Position numbers and translations under genes: made by a program
Notes under the pieces: model-generated
Database searches by the model: none
Told to the model about the DNA's origin: nothing
The model's input: only the letters and a program-made list of their open reading frames with translations
NCBI GenBank assembly: GCA_000004695.1
Contig: CM000151.3
Span: 4,480,001-4,544,000, forward strand
Reading direction: 5' to 3'
Length of the DNA: 64,000 bases
Source: Dictyostelium discoideum
Taxonomy: Eukaryota
Shown here: positions 1 through 11,791 of the stretch, piece after piece
Numbering within the stretch: the first letter of the stretch is position 1
How the letters are laid out: every line of letters begins with the position of its first letter

Positions 1-1
1 A

Positions 2-527
2 CATGACAAGCATGACAAACATGAAGGTTATTTCCACGGCCACCGTTATCACCATGGAGGTCATCCAGAGTGTCCATCAGTAGGTTATCCAGTTCACCAT
101 GGTTACCAAGGTTTCCCAGGTCACCATTTCGGCGGTCATCATGGTCATCACTTTGGTGGTGGTCATCATAGCTATCCAGGTCATCACGGGTCATCAAGGC
201 TTCCCAGGTCATCATTTCGGTGGTGGTCATCATGGTCATCACTTTGGTGGTGGTCACCATGGTCACCATTTCGGTGGTCATCATGGTCATCATGATGCAA
301 TGAATGATTGGAGTGTACAAAGTAAAATCAATCATTTAATTAGTAAGAAACAAGTTCTTATTGCTAAAACTCAATTAATTGAATCTAAAATTGCTGCTTT
401 AACTGAAATAAATCAAACTACAACTACAACTACCACTGCTACTGCTGCACCATCAACTCCAACTCCAACTCCAACAACACCTCAACAACCAATTGACTCT
501 GTTATCGGAAGTTTTAGTCAAATGTAA
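2..527 (+). CDS. His/Gly-rich repeat protein (HHFGGGHHGHH repeats), 5' end off the window. The reading frame shifts +1 near 188-190, so it is either a pseudogene or a sequencing error.
   Basis: Frame 2 from nt 2 gives HDKHDKHEGYFHGHRYHHGG...GFPGHHFGGHHGHHFGGGHHSYPGHHG. After 'cacggg' (188-190), frame 0 continues the same repeat (GHQGFPGHHFGGGHHGHHFGGGHHGHHFGGHHGHH...) to the stop at 527. The supplied ORF 99..527 has a nonsense hydrophobic N-terminus that is the off-frame translation of the His/Gly codons. Confidence 0.45.
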
Positions 528-982
528 TTTGAATGTAAATAATCAAAATCAAAAAAATAACAATAAATTTATAATAATTTAAAATATTATTTTTTAATTT
601 TATTTATTTAAATTACTTTTTTTATTTATAAAGTACAAGTTTTGTTAAACATAAATGATATTAAATTTTTATTTTGAAAAACCTATTTAATCTAACTTTA
701 TTTGAAATATAAAATACCAAAACAAAAACCAATATTGAGATATAAATTCCTATTAAAATTCCCATACCTATCATAAATTGTAGGTGATTTAATTTTAAAT
801 ATCTTATGATTAAACAAAAAATTGACACAACCATGATGGCAACTGGTAAAAGTATTGGAATTCTTTTTACTTTTAATTTAAATTCATTGACAGTATCACC
901 AAATTCGTTGGATGAAATAATACCTTTTAATTCTTTTAGTAATGAGTGTTTTGATGTAAATCTATCAATTGTATATTAAAAC

Positions 983-1086
983 ATTTTATTTTATTTTATT
1001 TTATTTTATTTTATTTTATATTATTTTATTTTATTTTATTTTATTTTATTTTATTTTATTTTATTTTATTTTATTTTATTTTATTT
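983..1086. repeat. (TTATT)n pentanucleotide microsatellite, about 20 units
   Basis: Directly visible tandem 'ttatt' units with one variant unit around 1016. Confidence 0.9.
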
Positions 1087-1625
1087 AATTCCAATTAATT
1101 TTTTTTTTTTTTTTTTTCTACCTTAATGATTATTCTAATTTGGTTTTTATTTTTTTTTTTATTTGATTTTTTAATTTTTTTTTTTTAAATATTATTACCC
1201 CAATAAAAAAAAATATTTATAAAAAAAAAAAAAAAGGGATTTGGGGAATCCGATCAAAAAAAAAAATATACATAACATTTACATTGTCTTTTCAAAAAAA
1301 CAAGTGTTTATGTAATTTTATTTTTTAAAATATTAAGAAACTTTTTGTCACATTTTAATTTGATCGTGTAACTGTTTTAAAAAACACAATAATTTTTTTT
1401 ATTTAATTTATTTTTTTTATTTTTTATCAAAATTTCGGAAAATTTCAACATCTCTTTTAAAAGGCTGGTCGGAATTAAAAAATGAAATTAAATTTTGTTT
1501 TTTTTATTTTTTTTTTTATTTTTTTTATTTTTTTTTTTTTTATTTTCTGAAAATCATTCACACACATCACAATTCATATATTAAATAATTAAATAAACAA
1601 ATAAATAAATAAATAAATAAATAAA

Positions 1626-2490
1626 ATGACAGGAACTAGAACTTTTTTTGTTGGTGGAAATCATAAAATGGTAAATATATATTTTAATATTAATATTAAT
1701 ATTATTTTTAAAATTGTTTATTTAACATTTTTTTTTTTTAAATTAATTTTTTTAAATTTAGAATGGTAGTAAATCAATGTTAGAATCTTTAAGTAAAGGA
1801 ATGAATGAATCAGTTGAAAATAAAGAAAATGTTGATATTTTCATTGCACCATCATATCCATATTTAGAATTTTTATCAAATAAATTAGATAATAAAAAGT
1901 TTAAAGTTTGTTCACAAAATTGTTATAGTGTTGCCAAAGGTGCATTCACAGGTGAAATCAGTGCTAATATGTTGGTTGATTTAGGTATTCCATACGTTAT
2001 CATTGGTCATAGTGAGAGAAGAAATGTATTTAGCGAATCAAGTGAGTTAATTACAAAGAAAACAAAGTATGCAATTTCATTAGGTCTCACAGTTATCTTA
2101 TGTTTAGGTGAACTTTTAGCAGACAGAAAATCAAATAACACTGAACACATCCTAAGTGAACAATTGAAAGATTTCGCTTCATTCACTCCAGAAGAATGGT
2201 CAAAGATCGTAATTGCCTATGAACCAGTTTGGGCAATTGGTACTGGTGCCGTTGCAACTCCACAAGAAGCTCAAGATACTCATGTTTTCATTCGTAAATG
2301 GATTAGTGAAAAGGTTTCTGAAGATGTTGCAAAGAAAACCTCGATCATGTATGGTGGTTCTGTTAATGCTGACAATTGTCATAACCTTTCAAAGCAATCT
2401 GATATCGATGGTTTCTTAGTTGGTGGTGCTTCCCTTGTTGCCAGTGATTTCATTGCCATCATTAAATCTGCTGTTCCAAAGAAATATTGA
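1626..2490 (+). CDS. tpiA: Triose-phosphate isomerase; exon 1 is 1626..1670, the intron 1671..1761 (GTAAAT..TTTAG), exon 2 is 1762..2490.
   Basis: Exon 1 encodes MTGTRTFFVGGNHKM and joins in frame to NGSKSMLESL..., restoring the TIM N-terminal motif FVGGN-KMNG. Downstream are IGHSERR, AYEPVWAIGTG and GGASL. Codon usage is C-rich, as in highly expressed Dictyostelium genes. Confidence 0.9.
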
Positions 2491-2648
2491 ATCTCAAATT
2501 TATAAAAATAAAAATAAAAAATAAATAAAAATCTATAAGATTATTTTAATCTATAATGTAAAAAAAAAAAAAAAAATAATATATAAAATTAGATAATAAA
2601 AACTATAAATAATTTATAATAATAATCATAAAAAAAAAAAGTTTATTT

Positions 2649-2697
<49 letters not shown>

Positions 2698-2748
2698 TTT
2701 GAATGTATGTACAATTAATGGAAACTGTAATGATTTTTCCCTTTTTTT

Positions 2749-3298
2749 TTATTTCTTGGCAACTACTTTCTTTTTTGAGGCGACAACTTTTTTACCAGAT
2801 GAAGAAGCTGAAGCAGTTTTCTTTAATGCAACAACTTTCTTCTTTTCAACTTTCTTTTTGATTGCAGTGGTTGGCTAAAAATATAAAAAAAAGAAAAAAA
2901 TATTAAAAGTTAATGTGAATATAAAAAATATTTGCAAATTATTTATTATATTGTGTATATAAAAAAAAAAAACCACCAAAAAAAAAAAAAAAAAGAAAAA
3001 AAATATTTATTAATAAAACATACCTTAACTGTTGTGGTTGATTTCTTACGAACAACTTTGGAAGCAACTGGTGGTTCTATAATATAATTTTTTTTTTTAA
3101 AAAAAAAAGTATTAGAAAATAGAAAAAAAAAAAAATGACTAAAAAAAAAAAAAAAAACGTACGATCTGCTAATCTTTCTGGTGCTTTGATTATTGTTCTT
3201 GAACTGGAATGAGTAATAACACCTTGAAGAGAAAATGGTTTTCTTGTAGTTGTTGATTTCTTTGTTGTGGCAACTTTAGCAGTAGATGTTTCTGTCAT
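2749..3298 (-). CDS. Small Lys/Thr-rich basic protein of about 105 aa, histone-H1/HMG-like in composition. Three exons: 3298..3163, 3076..3024, 2874..2749.
   Basis: ATG at 3298. Donors are c|GTACGT and aag|GTATGT; acceptors are ttatag| and ttttag|. The spliced product reads MTETSTAKVATTKKSTTTRKPFSLQGVITHSSSRTIIKAPERLAD-Q-PPVASKVVRKKSTTTVK-PTTAIKKKVEKKKVVALKKTASASSSGKKVVASKKKVVAKK*. The model is built from splice consensus and frame continuity only. Confidence 0.5.
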
Positions 3299-3881
3299 TT
3301 TTTTTTTTTTTTTGGTTGGTTGAGTTATTGATAATGATAAAATTTTATTTAATTTTTTTTTTTTAGAAAAAAAGGGAAAAGTTTAGTTGGTAGTCAACTG
3401 TTTTTTTTCTATAATATATTTAAAATTGATTAAAAAAAATAAAATGTTGATATTTTTAATTTTTTTAATTTTTTTTTTTATATTTTTATTTTTATTTATT
3501 AACAGATAAAAAAAAAAAAAAAAAAAAGGGATTAGTAAAAATTAACAATGATTTTAGATTTTTTTTTTTTTTTTTTTTTTTAATACACACATGATAATAA
3601 CAAATATTTTGAAAAAATATGTATTGTCAAATATATTTTAAATAACAAAAATAAAAATGAAAAAAAAAAAAAAAAAAAAAAAAAAATATCAAAATTTCAT
3701 TTTTTTTTATTTTATTTTATTTTTTTTTAATTATTTTAAATTTCAAACCTAACGGCTATAAATAAACATTATCCACACCTTTTAAAAAAAAAACTTTTTT
3801 ATTTTTAGATTTTTTATTTTTTTTTTATTTATATCATTTTTATTTATTAACATATGATTGAAATATTATCTTATTTTAACA

Positions 3882-3917
<36 letters not shown>

Positions 3918-3983
3918 AGGTATGGAATTTTGTTTAAAAAAAAAAAAAAAATGATTTTAGATTTTAATTTTAATTTTTTATTA

Positions 3984-4016
<33 letters not shown>

Positions 4017-4018
4017 TA

Positions 4019-7000
4019 TTAAATTGTTTGGATTGTGGGGAAATTATTTATAAATAAATTAGATAAATCTTGATAACCAAGAGATTGAGATAAACTATAC
4101 CATTGTTTAACATCATTAATTTTTATAGAAGCTTTACAATTATTAATAAAAAAAGTAAAGAATTCAATATGATTTAATTCAACCAAAGAATGAATAGATT
4201 GTAATGAACTATCAATAATAATTTTATCTTTTAATTTACAATCATTTAACATCCAATCTAATAAATCAATACGTAATACTTGAATTGCTGATTTAAAAAC
4301 TAAATTAATATCTAAACAATTATTATTATTATTATTATCATTATTATTTGAAATACAAAACTCATTTATAAAACGATTTAATAATTGTTTATCTTTAAAA
4401 TTACCAAATATTTTTGATAAAACTTGTAGTAAAATATTTGAAGTATTATTATTATTATTATCATTATGAAGTTGGTCTTGATTTTGATCTTGATCTTGTT
4501 GTAATTGTTGTTTTAAAAATCCTTTAAAACATTTAAATAATGGTTCAATTTCACCAATATTACCAAAGAAATAAACATCTTTTTCATTATCTGAAAATAC
4601 ATCAATTCTAATATGTTGATGAGTAAATAAACGTGGTTGTAAATTATTATAATTTTCATTTTCATTTTCATTTTCTTGAAATAATGATTGTAATTTTAAA
4701 AGTAATTGAGTTTCACTAGAATTAAAAATTGAATCAAATGAAAATTCAGGTTTCATTAAACATTGAGATAAGAAAGGATCTTGTAAAAGTCTTGATGAAT
4801 CTTTATCTTTTTTTTTAATTAAATAATTAAATCTTTCTTTTGAAATTATAAAAGATGAAATTTTAATTGATTTAATTGTTAAATAATTAAAAGTTTCAAA
4901 TAAATCTTCAGAAACTTTATAATTACCAATTGATAATAAAATATCTCTAACTAATTTAATATTATAATAATTTGAATCAAAACATTGTATAATAGTTTTA
5001 TATAAATGTTCAAATAATGGTACTAATATATCATTATAATAATCATCACCACCACCACTACCATTACCACTACCACCTTTTTTAAAATTCCAATTTTTTA
5101 AAATTAATTCTAAAACTTTAAAAACCAATTGAAATTGAAATTTATTTTTATAAATTTTCTTTCTAAATCCATCATCTTCAGCAACTTTATAAAAACAATA
5201 TTGTTGAGTTTGATAAACGAAACCATTGATATCATTCAATTTAATTGAATCAATATTGCTATTAAAATTTAATGATGATAAAATTATTAATGCTTCTTCA
5301 AATTTATTTTCAAATATAAAATTTATTACCAACATAATTGATTCATTTTGAAATTGATTATAATTTATATTTAATTGTTTTAATAATTCAATTTTATTTT
5401 CACCCTCTAAAGTAACATGTAATGATTTAAATAATGAAGAAATATATAAAATCCAAGTTTGACAATCGAAAATTCTATAATTTGATTGATTTAGGTAATC
5501 GAAAAATTCAATAATTTTATCTTTTTCAATTTGATTTGTAATTTCATTAAAAAATTCTTTTTTATAATCAGTTTTTGCTAAAATTTCTCTTGAACCAAAG
5601 TTTTTAAATACAACACCAATTTTTAAATCCAATTCTTTTAAAATCTTTAAATTAAATGTTAATAATGATTTTAAAAATGGTATTGAAAAACAATAATAAT
5701 CTGGAATATGTTTAAATAATGATTTAAAATAATTTGAAATTGAAATTGAATTATTATTATCATCATCATCGCTCTCTAATAAATTCATTGAAATTGGTAA
5801 AAATTTAATTTCAAGTTTAATTGATGGATTTCTAATTTTAAATATAAAATCAACATCTTGTTTACATTGTATTGTTGATAAGTATTGATTTAAGCCATAG
5901 TATTCAATTTGATTATCTCTATAATTAGGTAAAATAACATTTTCATAATACCATTGATATTTTTTCATTGGTGATATTTCACCAACAGGGAAATCAATAT
6001 TAATAAAACTCTCTCTGTATGGGAATCCTTTAATATTTGTTACTTTTTCAACCAAGTCAACTGAAAATTCTCTATAGTATAATAAACAATTTGCAAATGT
6101 TGGCCAAAATAAAAATTGTAAACCTGTATCTTTTTTAAGATTTTCTTGAGACCTATATTGGCAATATTGATTTATGAATTCGATTATTCTATTCTCACTT
6201 TCTTTACTACCATCAAATAGTTTATCCTTATATGTATAATAATTATTTAAATATTTCTCTTTTAAAGTATTTGACCATTCCGGTGAGATTTTACTTTGTC
6301 TACTCAAACTTTTACTTGTTAAATATTTTAAAGCATTGATTGAAAGTAATGAAAATGTATATTCATAAACAACTGAATCAAATAATGGTAAATCTGCTAT
6401 AACATCATCATAATCTACTAAATATTCAAAATATAATAATTCTTTATCAATTGATGACATTGGTGATTTAAGTATTAAAATTTTTAATTTTTTTATATAA
6501 TCTTCATTATCACTACCACTACCATCAATTTTATTATTTAATAATAAATTATAATAAATTAATTCTTGAATTGATTTATCTTTTAAAGTTTTAATAATTT
6601 TATCAACAACAATTGAACAAATATTAGTTTCATTATCATTTTCTCTATCTAATAAATTCATTTCTAATAATTTTATTGAAATTGTTAAATTTGATTTAAT
6701 ATTTAATAAATGATTTAAATGAATTTTTTCCATTTCTTTAAAATTAATTTCATTATATAATCCTTTATTTAATACCCATTGAATAATATCTATTGATCCA
6801 TTTATTGTTGATAATTTTAATGATTTATTTTCAATCTTTCCTTTTAATAATTTACTACCACTACTACCAATACTATTTATTATAATTTCATTATATAAAT
6901 ATTCCATAACTTCAATTGAAGATGAATTTGATAAAGCATATTCAATAGTTGTTGAATCAATTTCAAATTTTTTATAATATATATCTAATTCTTTATTTAT

Positions 7001-7468
7001 TTCATTTTCTTTATCTGATTTTTGAGTTTTAAATAAATATTTTATAAAATTTAAATTATTAAATTTAATTGATAATTCTAATAAATTTGAAATTTTAAAT
7101 AAAATTTCTCTTTTTAAATTAAATAATAATAATAATGATTCTTCTTGTGATTCGTGTGATTGTTGTTGTTGTTGTGATTGTTGTTGTGATTGTGATTGTT
7201 GTTGTTTTATTAATACTTTTTTAAATAATAATTCTATACCATCTCTATTAATTTGAACAAATTCTCCACTTTTTAATTTATAATTTAATAATGGAAATTG
7301 ATTTTTTTCAACCATAAATTTTAAAGAAGAGATATGTTTAAATTTTATTCTATTCAAGTGATTGTATTGAGAGAGTTCATCATAGTTTAATTTATCATTT
7401 GAAATATGATAAAATATTTTATTTCTTAAAAATAAATTTTTATATACTTTAAAAAAGAGTTCATCCAT
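4019..7468 (-). CDS. Hypothetical protein, 1149 aa, Asn/Ile/Lys-rich, intronless
   Basis: Uninterrupted ORF starting at a genuine ATG (MDELFFKVYKN...). It has poly-Q (QQQSQSQQQSQQQQQ) and poly-N/GSGNGSGGG low-complexity tracts. I recognised no domain. Confidence 0.7.
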   Translation of the reverse strand: MDELFFKVYKNLFLRNKIFYHISNDKLNYDELSQYNHLNRIKFKHISSLKFMVEKNQFPLLNYKLKSGEFVQINRDGIELLFKKVLIKQQQSQSQQQSQQQQQSHESQEESLLLLFNLKREILFKISNLLELSIKFNNLNFIKYLFKTQKSDKENEINKELDIYYKKFEIDSTTIEYALSNSSSIEVMEYLYNEIIINSIGSSGSKLLKGKIENKSLKLSTINGSIDIIQWVLNKGLYNEINFKEMEKIHLNHLLNIKSNLTISIKLLEMNLLDRENDNETNICSIVVDKIIKTLKDKSIQELIYYNLLLNNKIDGSGSDNEDYIKKLKILILKSPMSSIDKELLYFEYLVDYDDVIADLPLFDSVVYEYTFSLLSINALKYLTSKSLSRQSKISPEWSNTLKEKYLNNYYTYKDKLFDGSKESENRIIEFINQYCQYRSQENLKKDTGLQFLFWPTFANCLLYYREFSVDLVEKVTNIKGFPYRESFINIDFPVGEISPMKKYQWYYENVILPNYRDNQIEYYGLNQYLSTIQCKQDVDFIFKIRNPSIKLEIKFLPISMNLLESDDDDNNNSISISNYFKSLFKHIPDYYCFSIPFLKSLLTFNLKILKELDLKIGVVFKNFGSREILAKTDYKKEFFNEITNQIEKDKIIEFFDYLNQSNYRIFDCQTWILYISSLFKSLHVTLEGENKIELLKQLNINYNQFQNESIMLVINFIFENKFEEALIILSSLNFNSNIDSIKLNDINGFVYQTQQYCFYKVAEDDGFRKKIYKNKFQFQLVFKVLELILKNWNFKKGGSGNGSGGGDDYYNDILVPLFEHLYKTIIQCFDSNYYNIKLVRDILLSIGNYKVSEDLFETFNYLTIKSIKISSFIISKERFNYLIKKKDKDSSRLLQDPFLSQCLMKPEFSFDSIFNSSETQLLLKLQSLFQENENENENYNNLQPRLFTHQHIRIDVFSDNEKDVYFFGNIGEIEPLFKCFKGFLKQQLQQDQDQNQDQLHNDNNNNNTSNILLQVLSKIFGNFKDKQLLNRFINEFCISNNNDNNNNNNCLDINLVFKSAIQVLRIDLLDWMLNDCKLKDKIIIDSSLQSIHSLVELNHIEFFTFFINNCKASIKINDVKQWYSLSQSLGYQDLSNLFINNFPTIQTI

Positions 7469-7499
7469 TTTTTTTTGAATATGAATACATTAAAATGAT

Positions 7500-7532
<33 letters not shown>

Positions 7533-8655
7533 AAAAAAAAAAGAAAAAAAGAAGAAATTATTTAAAATTGTTTTTTTTGAAAATAAATATCGTGATATTT
7601 TTTTTGTGTGATTGAAAAAAAAAAAAAAAAAAGAATTTATTTAATTTTTTGTTAAAAAAGTGAAATAATACAAATAGCATTACGTTTTTCAAATCATTTT
7701 ATTTTTTCATTTTTAAACTGTTATGAATAAATTAAAATAAATTATGTATAAAAAAAAAAAAAAAAATAGGTTTTAAATTAATAATATAAGGTTGAGGTAT
7801 TTAATTATTAATTTTTATTTTATATTTTTTAACCTTCTTAAATTATAATATATTTTTGATTTGCTTTAAAATGTAATTATTTGATAAAACCATTAAGAAT
7901 GATAAAAAATTGTTTTTTTTTTTTTTTTTTTATAAAAAAAAAAATTTGGTGATTGTCGTAGTAATATAATTATCTACCTATCAACAATGACATAGTGCAT
8001 AGATAAATCTTTCCTTTCTCTGTCATTGGATTAGTACCGATTTATATTAGGCAAACAAACACCTTTTTTTTTAAAATTATTTTGAGCCATCTGGAACAAG
8101 TTAACTGTTTGAATGGTTAGGTCATTTCAAAATTGATATTATTATTGAAATTTGATATTAATCTTGAAATGCACTATAGAGATTAACTATAATAATATAA
8201 TTTGAGAATATTATACTCTTTTTTTTTTTTTAAATAAACAATAATAATAATAATATTTACTTTTTTTAAAGTTAAAGTGTCTTGGTTGGTTGTAAAGGTA
8301 ATGGTGGGAAAAAAAAAAAAAACTCTTTAAATACTTTTCTTTTTTTTTTTTTCAAATAAAATCAAATTGATATATTAGGAAAATACCTTTTTTTGATTTA
8401 AAGATCTCACAAATTAGATTTTTTAAATAATAATTTTTCTAAAAAGGAATAGTTTTTCAAAGGTTTTTTATTTTTTTAATTAATTAAATTTTTTTTTTTT
8501 TAACTTTAAATTTGAAAATTTTATTTGTTTTTAAATATCAAAATGATCAAAAAAAAAAAAAAAAAAAGAAAAAAAAATAGAAATAAAAAAAGGAACAGAA
8601 ATAAAAATACCATAAATACTATTGAGTTTTTTTATTTTTTTATTTTTTTTTATTT

Positions 8656-9805
8656 TTATTCTGGACCAAATACTAATTTTGGAGGTTCTAAATTATTTTC
8701 TTTTGAATAAAATGAAGGTTCTTTAGTTTGTAATAAAGATTGTGGGAATAAATGAATTGCAAGGTCATGGAAAATAAATTGAGTTGTATAATTATTTGGA
8801 AATAATAATTCATCATGAATTCCAAATGTTTTAGTGGTATAACTGAATGGTAAATGGTCCTCCTCAACCCTATTAATACTATCAATATATAAATTAAAAC
8901 TATTTCCAATGATTATAATATTTGAAAGTGTTTCCCAATTCGCCCATAATACATTATCATATAATTTTCTACCACAAAATGGCATGTAAAATATTGTGAA
9001 ATTTTCATCATTATTAGTAGTATTCGCTTTTCTTTTTCCTTCTTCATTAATTTCAATTAATTTAAAACCAATTTTTGATATTAATTGTTTCTCTAAATTA
9101 TTCATAACTGGATCATATATATAAATTGATTCAATATTACTATACATTGATTTAATAGATGTTATATATGCTAATTGATCTAAACATTTCTTACTTGAAC
9201 TAAAATCACCAATACCATAACATACTATTTCATTAACTTTTGAAAATATATCTTTAGTGTCACTTTCTTTATTATTGTTATTAAATTTATAATTAAATTG
9301 TAATTCAAGTATATCTTTAAAAAATTTAGTTTCTTTCATTTTATTTCTTTTTTGGAAATAATATTAGTTTTGAATTTTTGAATTTTTGAATTTTTTTTTT
9401 TTTATTTTTATATTTAAAAAAAAAAACATACTCTGATTCAATTAATGAATTATATAATTTAATTAATTGTTGTTCTTCTGATAATTCTTCAACTATTAAT
9501 TTATTATTTTTCTTTTTCTTTTTATTATTATTATTATTATTGTTATTTTGTGGATTATTTTGTAATTCTTTTTCACTTTCTTGATAATTTGAAGTCCATT
9601 GATTTTGTTTTTCAAAATATTTATCTCTAATCTCTTTATTCTTTTTATTATCATTGGTTGTAATTGTTTGTTCAATCTTTTGATTTACTTTTAAAACTTT
9701 ATTTTTTTTACCTTTTACAACAATTTGAAATCCATCTTCGTCTAGCAATGCTTCTGATTTTACTTGTGGTTGTTTATTATTATTATTTTTATTATTATTT
9801 GACAT
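8656..9805 (-). CDS. SRR1-like protein. The C-terminal SRR1 domain ORF is 8656..9339, joined to the N-terminal ORF 9341..9805 by a probable intron.
   Basis: The ORF at 8656..9339 carries SRR1 family motifs (VCYGIGDFS, QLAY, YDPV, TIFYMPFCGRKLYDNVLWANW, IIIGNSF). The upstream same-strand ORF (MSNNNK...EDGFQIVVKGKKNK...) ends 1 nt before its ATG, in another frame. A GTATGT donor at 9431-9426 and an AG acceptor at 9264-9263 would join them in frame (...NSLIES-D-DTKDIFSKVNEIVCYGIG...). The acceptor choice is uncertain. Confidence 0.55.
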
Positions 9806-10493
9806 TTTAAGAAAATATAAATATGTCGTTTTTTTTTTTTATTTTCACTTTTTTTTTTTTTTTTTTTTTTTTTTTCATTCACACTTTTTTTTCATTTTAT
9901 TTTTAATTTTTTTTTTATTTTTGTTTTTATAACAGTGACCCAATTTTATTTTTCAATATGAATGTTTATAAAAATGGAGTTTTAATCTTCAACTAGAGTA
10001 TCAAACAATTGATTTTTGAGTAGCAGAACCTTTGGCTTTTGAATTGATTTCATTACCAAAAACTAACTAAATTCATAAAATAGTTTTACACTTTCAGTGA
10101 TTCTTGGGCATTAGGATTAGATTCATGGATCCTAAAAATTTCGATAGTTGCTAAATTTATCAATTACAAATATTTTTTTAAAAAAAAAAAATAAAAAAAT
10201 AAAAAAATAAAAAAATAAAATATAAAAAAGTTGGGAATAGAGGAAAAAAAAAAAAATTGGGAGGGACACAAATTTTTTTTTTTTTTTTTTTACAAACATT
10301 TTTTATTTAAAATAAAATGAAATAATAAAATAAAATTAAATTAAATTAAACTAAATCAAATCAAACCAAAACCAAAACCAAATCAAATCAAACCTAATCA
10401 TATTAAAAATATTAGTAATCTATTAATATTTTTAAATAATAAATTTTAAAAAAAAAACCTAGAAATAATATATTAGTTTTTGAAAGGGAAGGA

Positions 10494-11339
10494 ATGGAGA
10501 ATTATTTTAATAATTTAAAAGTATGTGATTGGGAAAGTATACATACAAAACAATGGTTATTGGATTTACAAAAAAGTATTAAAGTTGATAACCATGTTTT
10601 AGATATGATTGGTTCTTTAAATGGTAAATTTTTATTATCAATGGAAAAAGAAACTTTTAAATATTTCGACAAAATCAATGGTGAATTATTATATGATTCA
10701 ATTCAAAACTTTATACCATTCCATACCGAATATATCAAAGAAGCAAATTATTATAAAAAATTTAGTTTTAAAATGGTTGGATTCAATATAAAAAATATTA
10801 AAGAAAAGGGTCAAAATATTGATAAAATTAAAGAATTATATTTTAAATTAGTAAATTCAAAAAGTGGAGGAAAAAGAATAATTATAAGTGATAATAAATT
10901 AGACACAAAATCAATTGGTAAATATTTATATAACTTATATCAGACTGATAATAGACCAGTATTATATATAAATTGTAAAGGCGATTTCGAATGTACAAAT
11001 AAAAATCTTGAGAAATCTTTACAATCATTATCAACAATTGAAACAAATCAAAGATTAGCATTACCATCAGGTAAAAGATACCTTTCAAAATTAATTATTG
11101 GTTTATTAGAAAACAATATAAGTGTAATTTTAAATGAATTTCATCAATTAGATAATATACCAAATATGATGGGTTATTTTCAACAAGATTTCGATAGTAT
11201 AGGTGCATCAGTACAAAATGGTACTCTTTTTGTACTAAGCTCTGATGAAAAAAAGATGACCCATTTATTTTCAAGTGCAAGACCATTGTATATGAGAAAT
11301 TTTCTCGATCACAACATAATAAATCAAAACATTTTATAG
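10494..11339 (+). CDS. Hypothetical protein, 281 aa, with an N-terminal SAM/PNT-like region
   Basis: ORF from a genuine ATG. The N-terminal 'WESIHTKQWLLDLQKSIKVDNHVLDMIGSLNGKFLLSMEKETFKYF' resembles a sterile-alpha-motif fold. The rest is unrecognised. Confidence 0.55.
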   Translation: MENYFNNLKVCDWESIHTKQWLLDLQKSIKVDNHVLDMIGSLNGKFLLSMEKETFKYFDKINGELLYDSIQNFIPFHTEYIKEANYYKKFSFKMVGFNIKNIKEKGQNIDKIKELYFKLVNSKSGGKRIIISDNKLDTKSIGKYLYNLYQTDNRPVLYINCKGDFECTNKNLEKSLQSLSTIETNQRLALPSGKRYLSKLIIGLLENNISVILNEFHQLDNIPNMMGYFQQDFDSIGASVQNGTLFVLSSDEKKMTHLFSSARPLYMRNFLDHNIINQNIL

Positions 11340-11672
11340 AATTTCATTTTCTAAAATTTCCATTGTGTCCAAACAACACGAGACCTACCTTCATGGTGGT
11401 TTTCAATATTTAATTATCTAAGATTTGGTGTTTTGGATTTGTATAGGGCGACATTATTTTTTTTATTTTTTTTTTATTTACTTTTCATAACAAGTTTTTT
11501 TTTTTTTTTTTTTTTTGGATATTGATATTTACAACACTAAATTTATTATAATAATGGAATTGAAATTTAATTATTAGAAAAAAAAAAAATAAATAAAACC
11601 AAAAAAGAAGATATTTAGATATTTATTTTCTTTCACTAAAAAATAAAAAAAAAAAATCTTTTTTTTTTTTTT

Positions 11673-11716
<44 letters not shown>

Positions 11717-11791
11717 GTTTAAGTAATTGTTTATAAATAAATACCAAAAGAAATCATTATTATTATTATTACTGATTTTTAAAAAAAAAAA

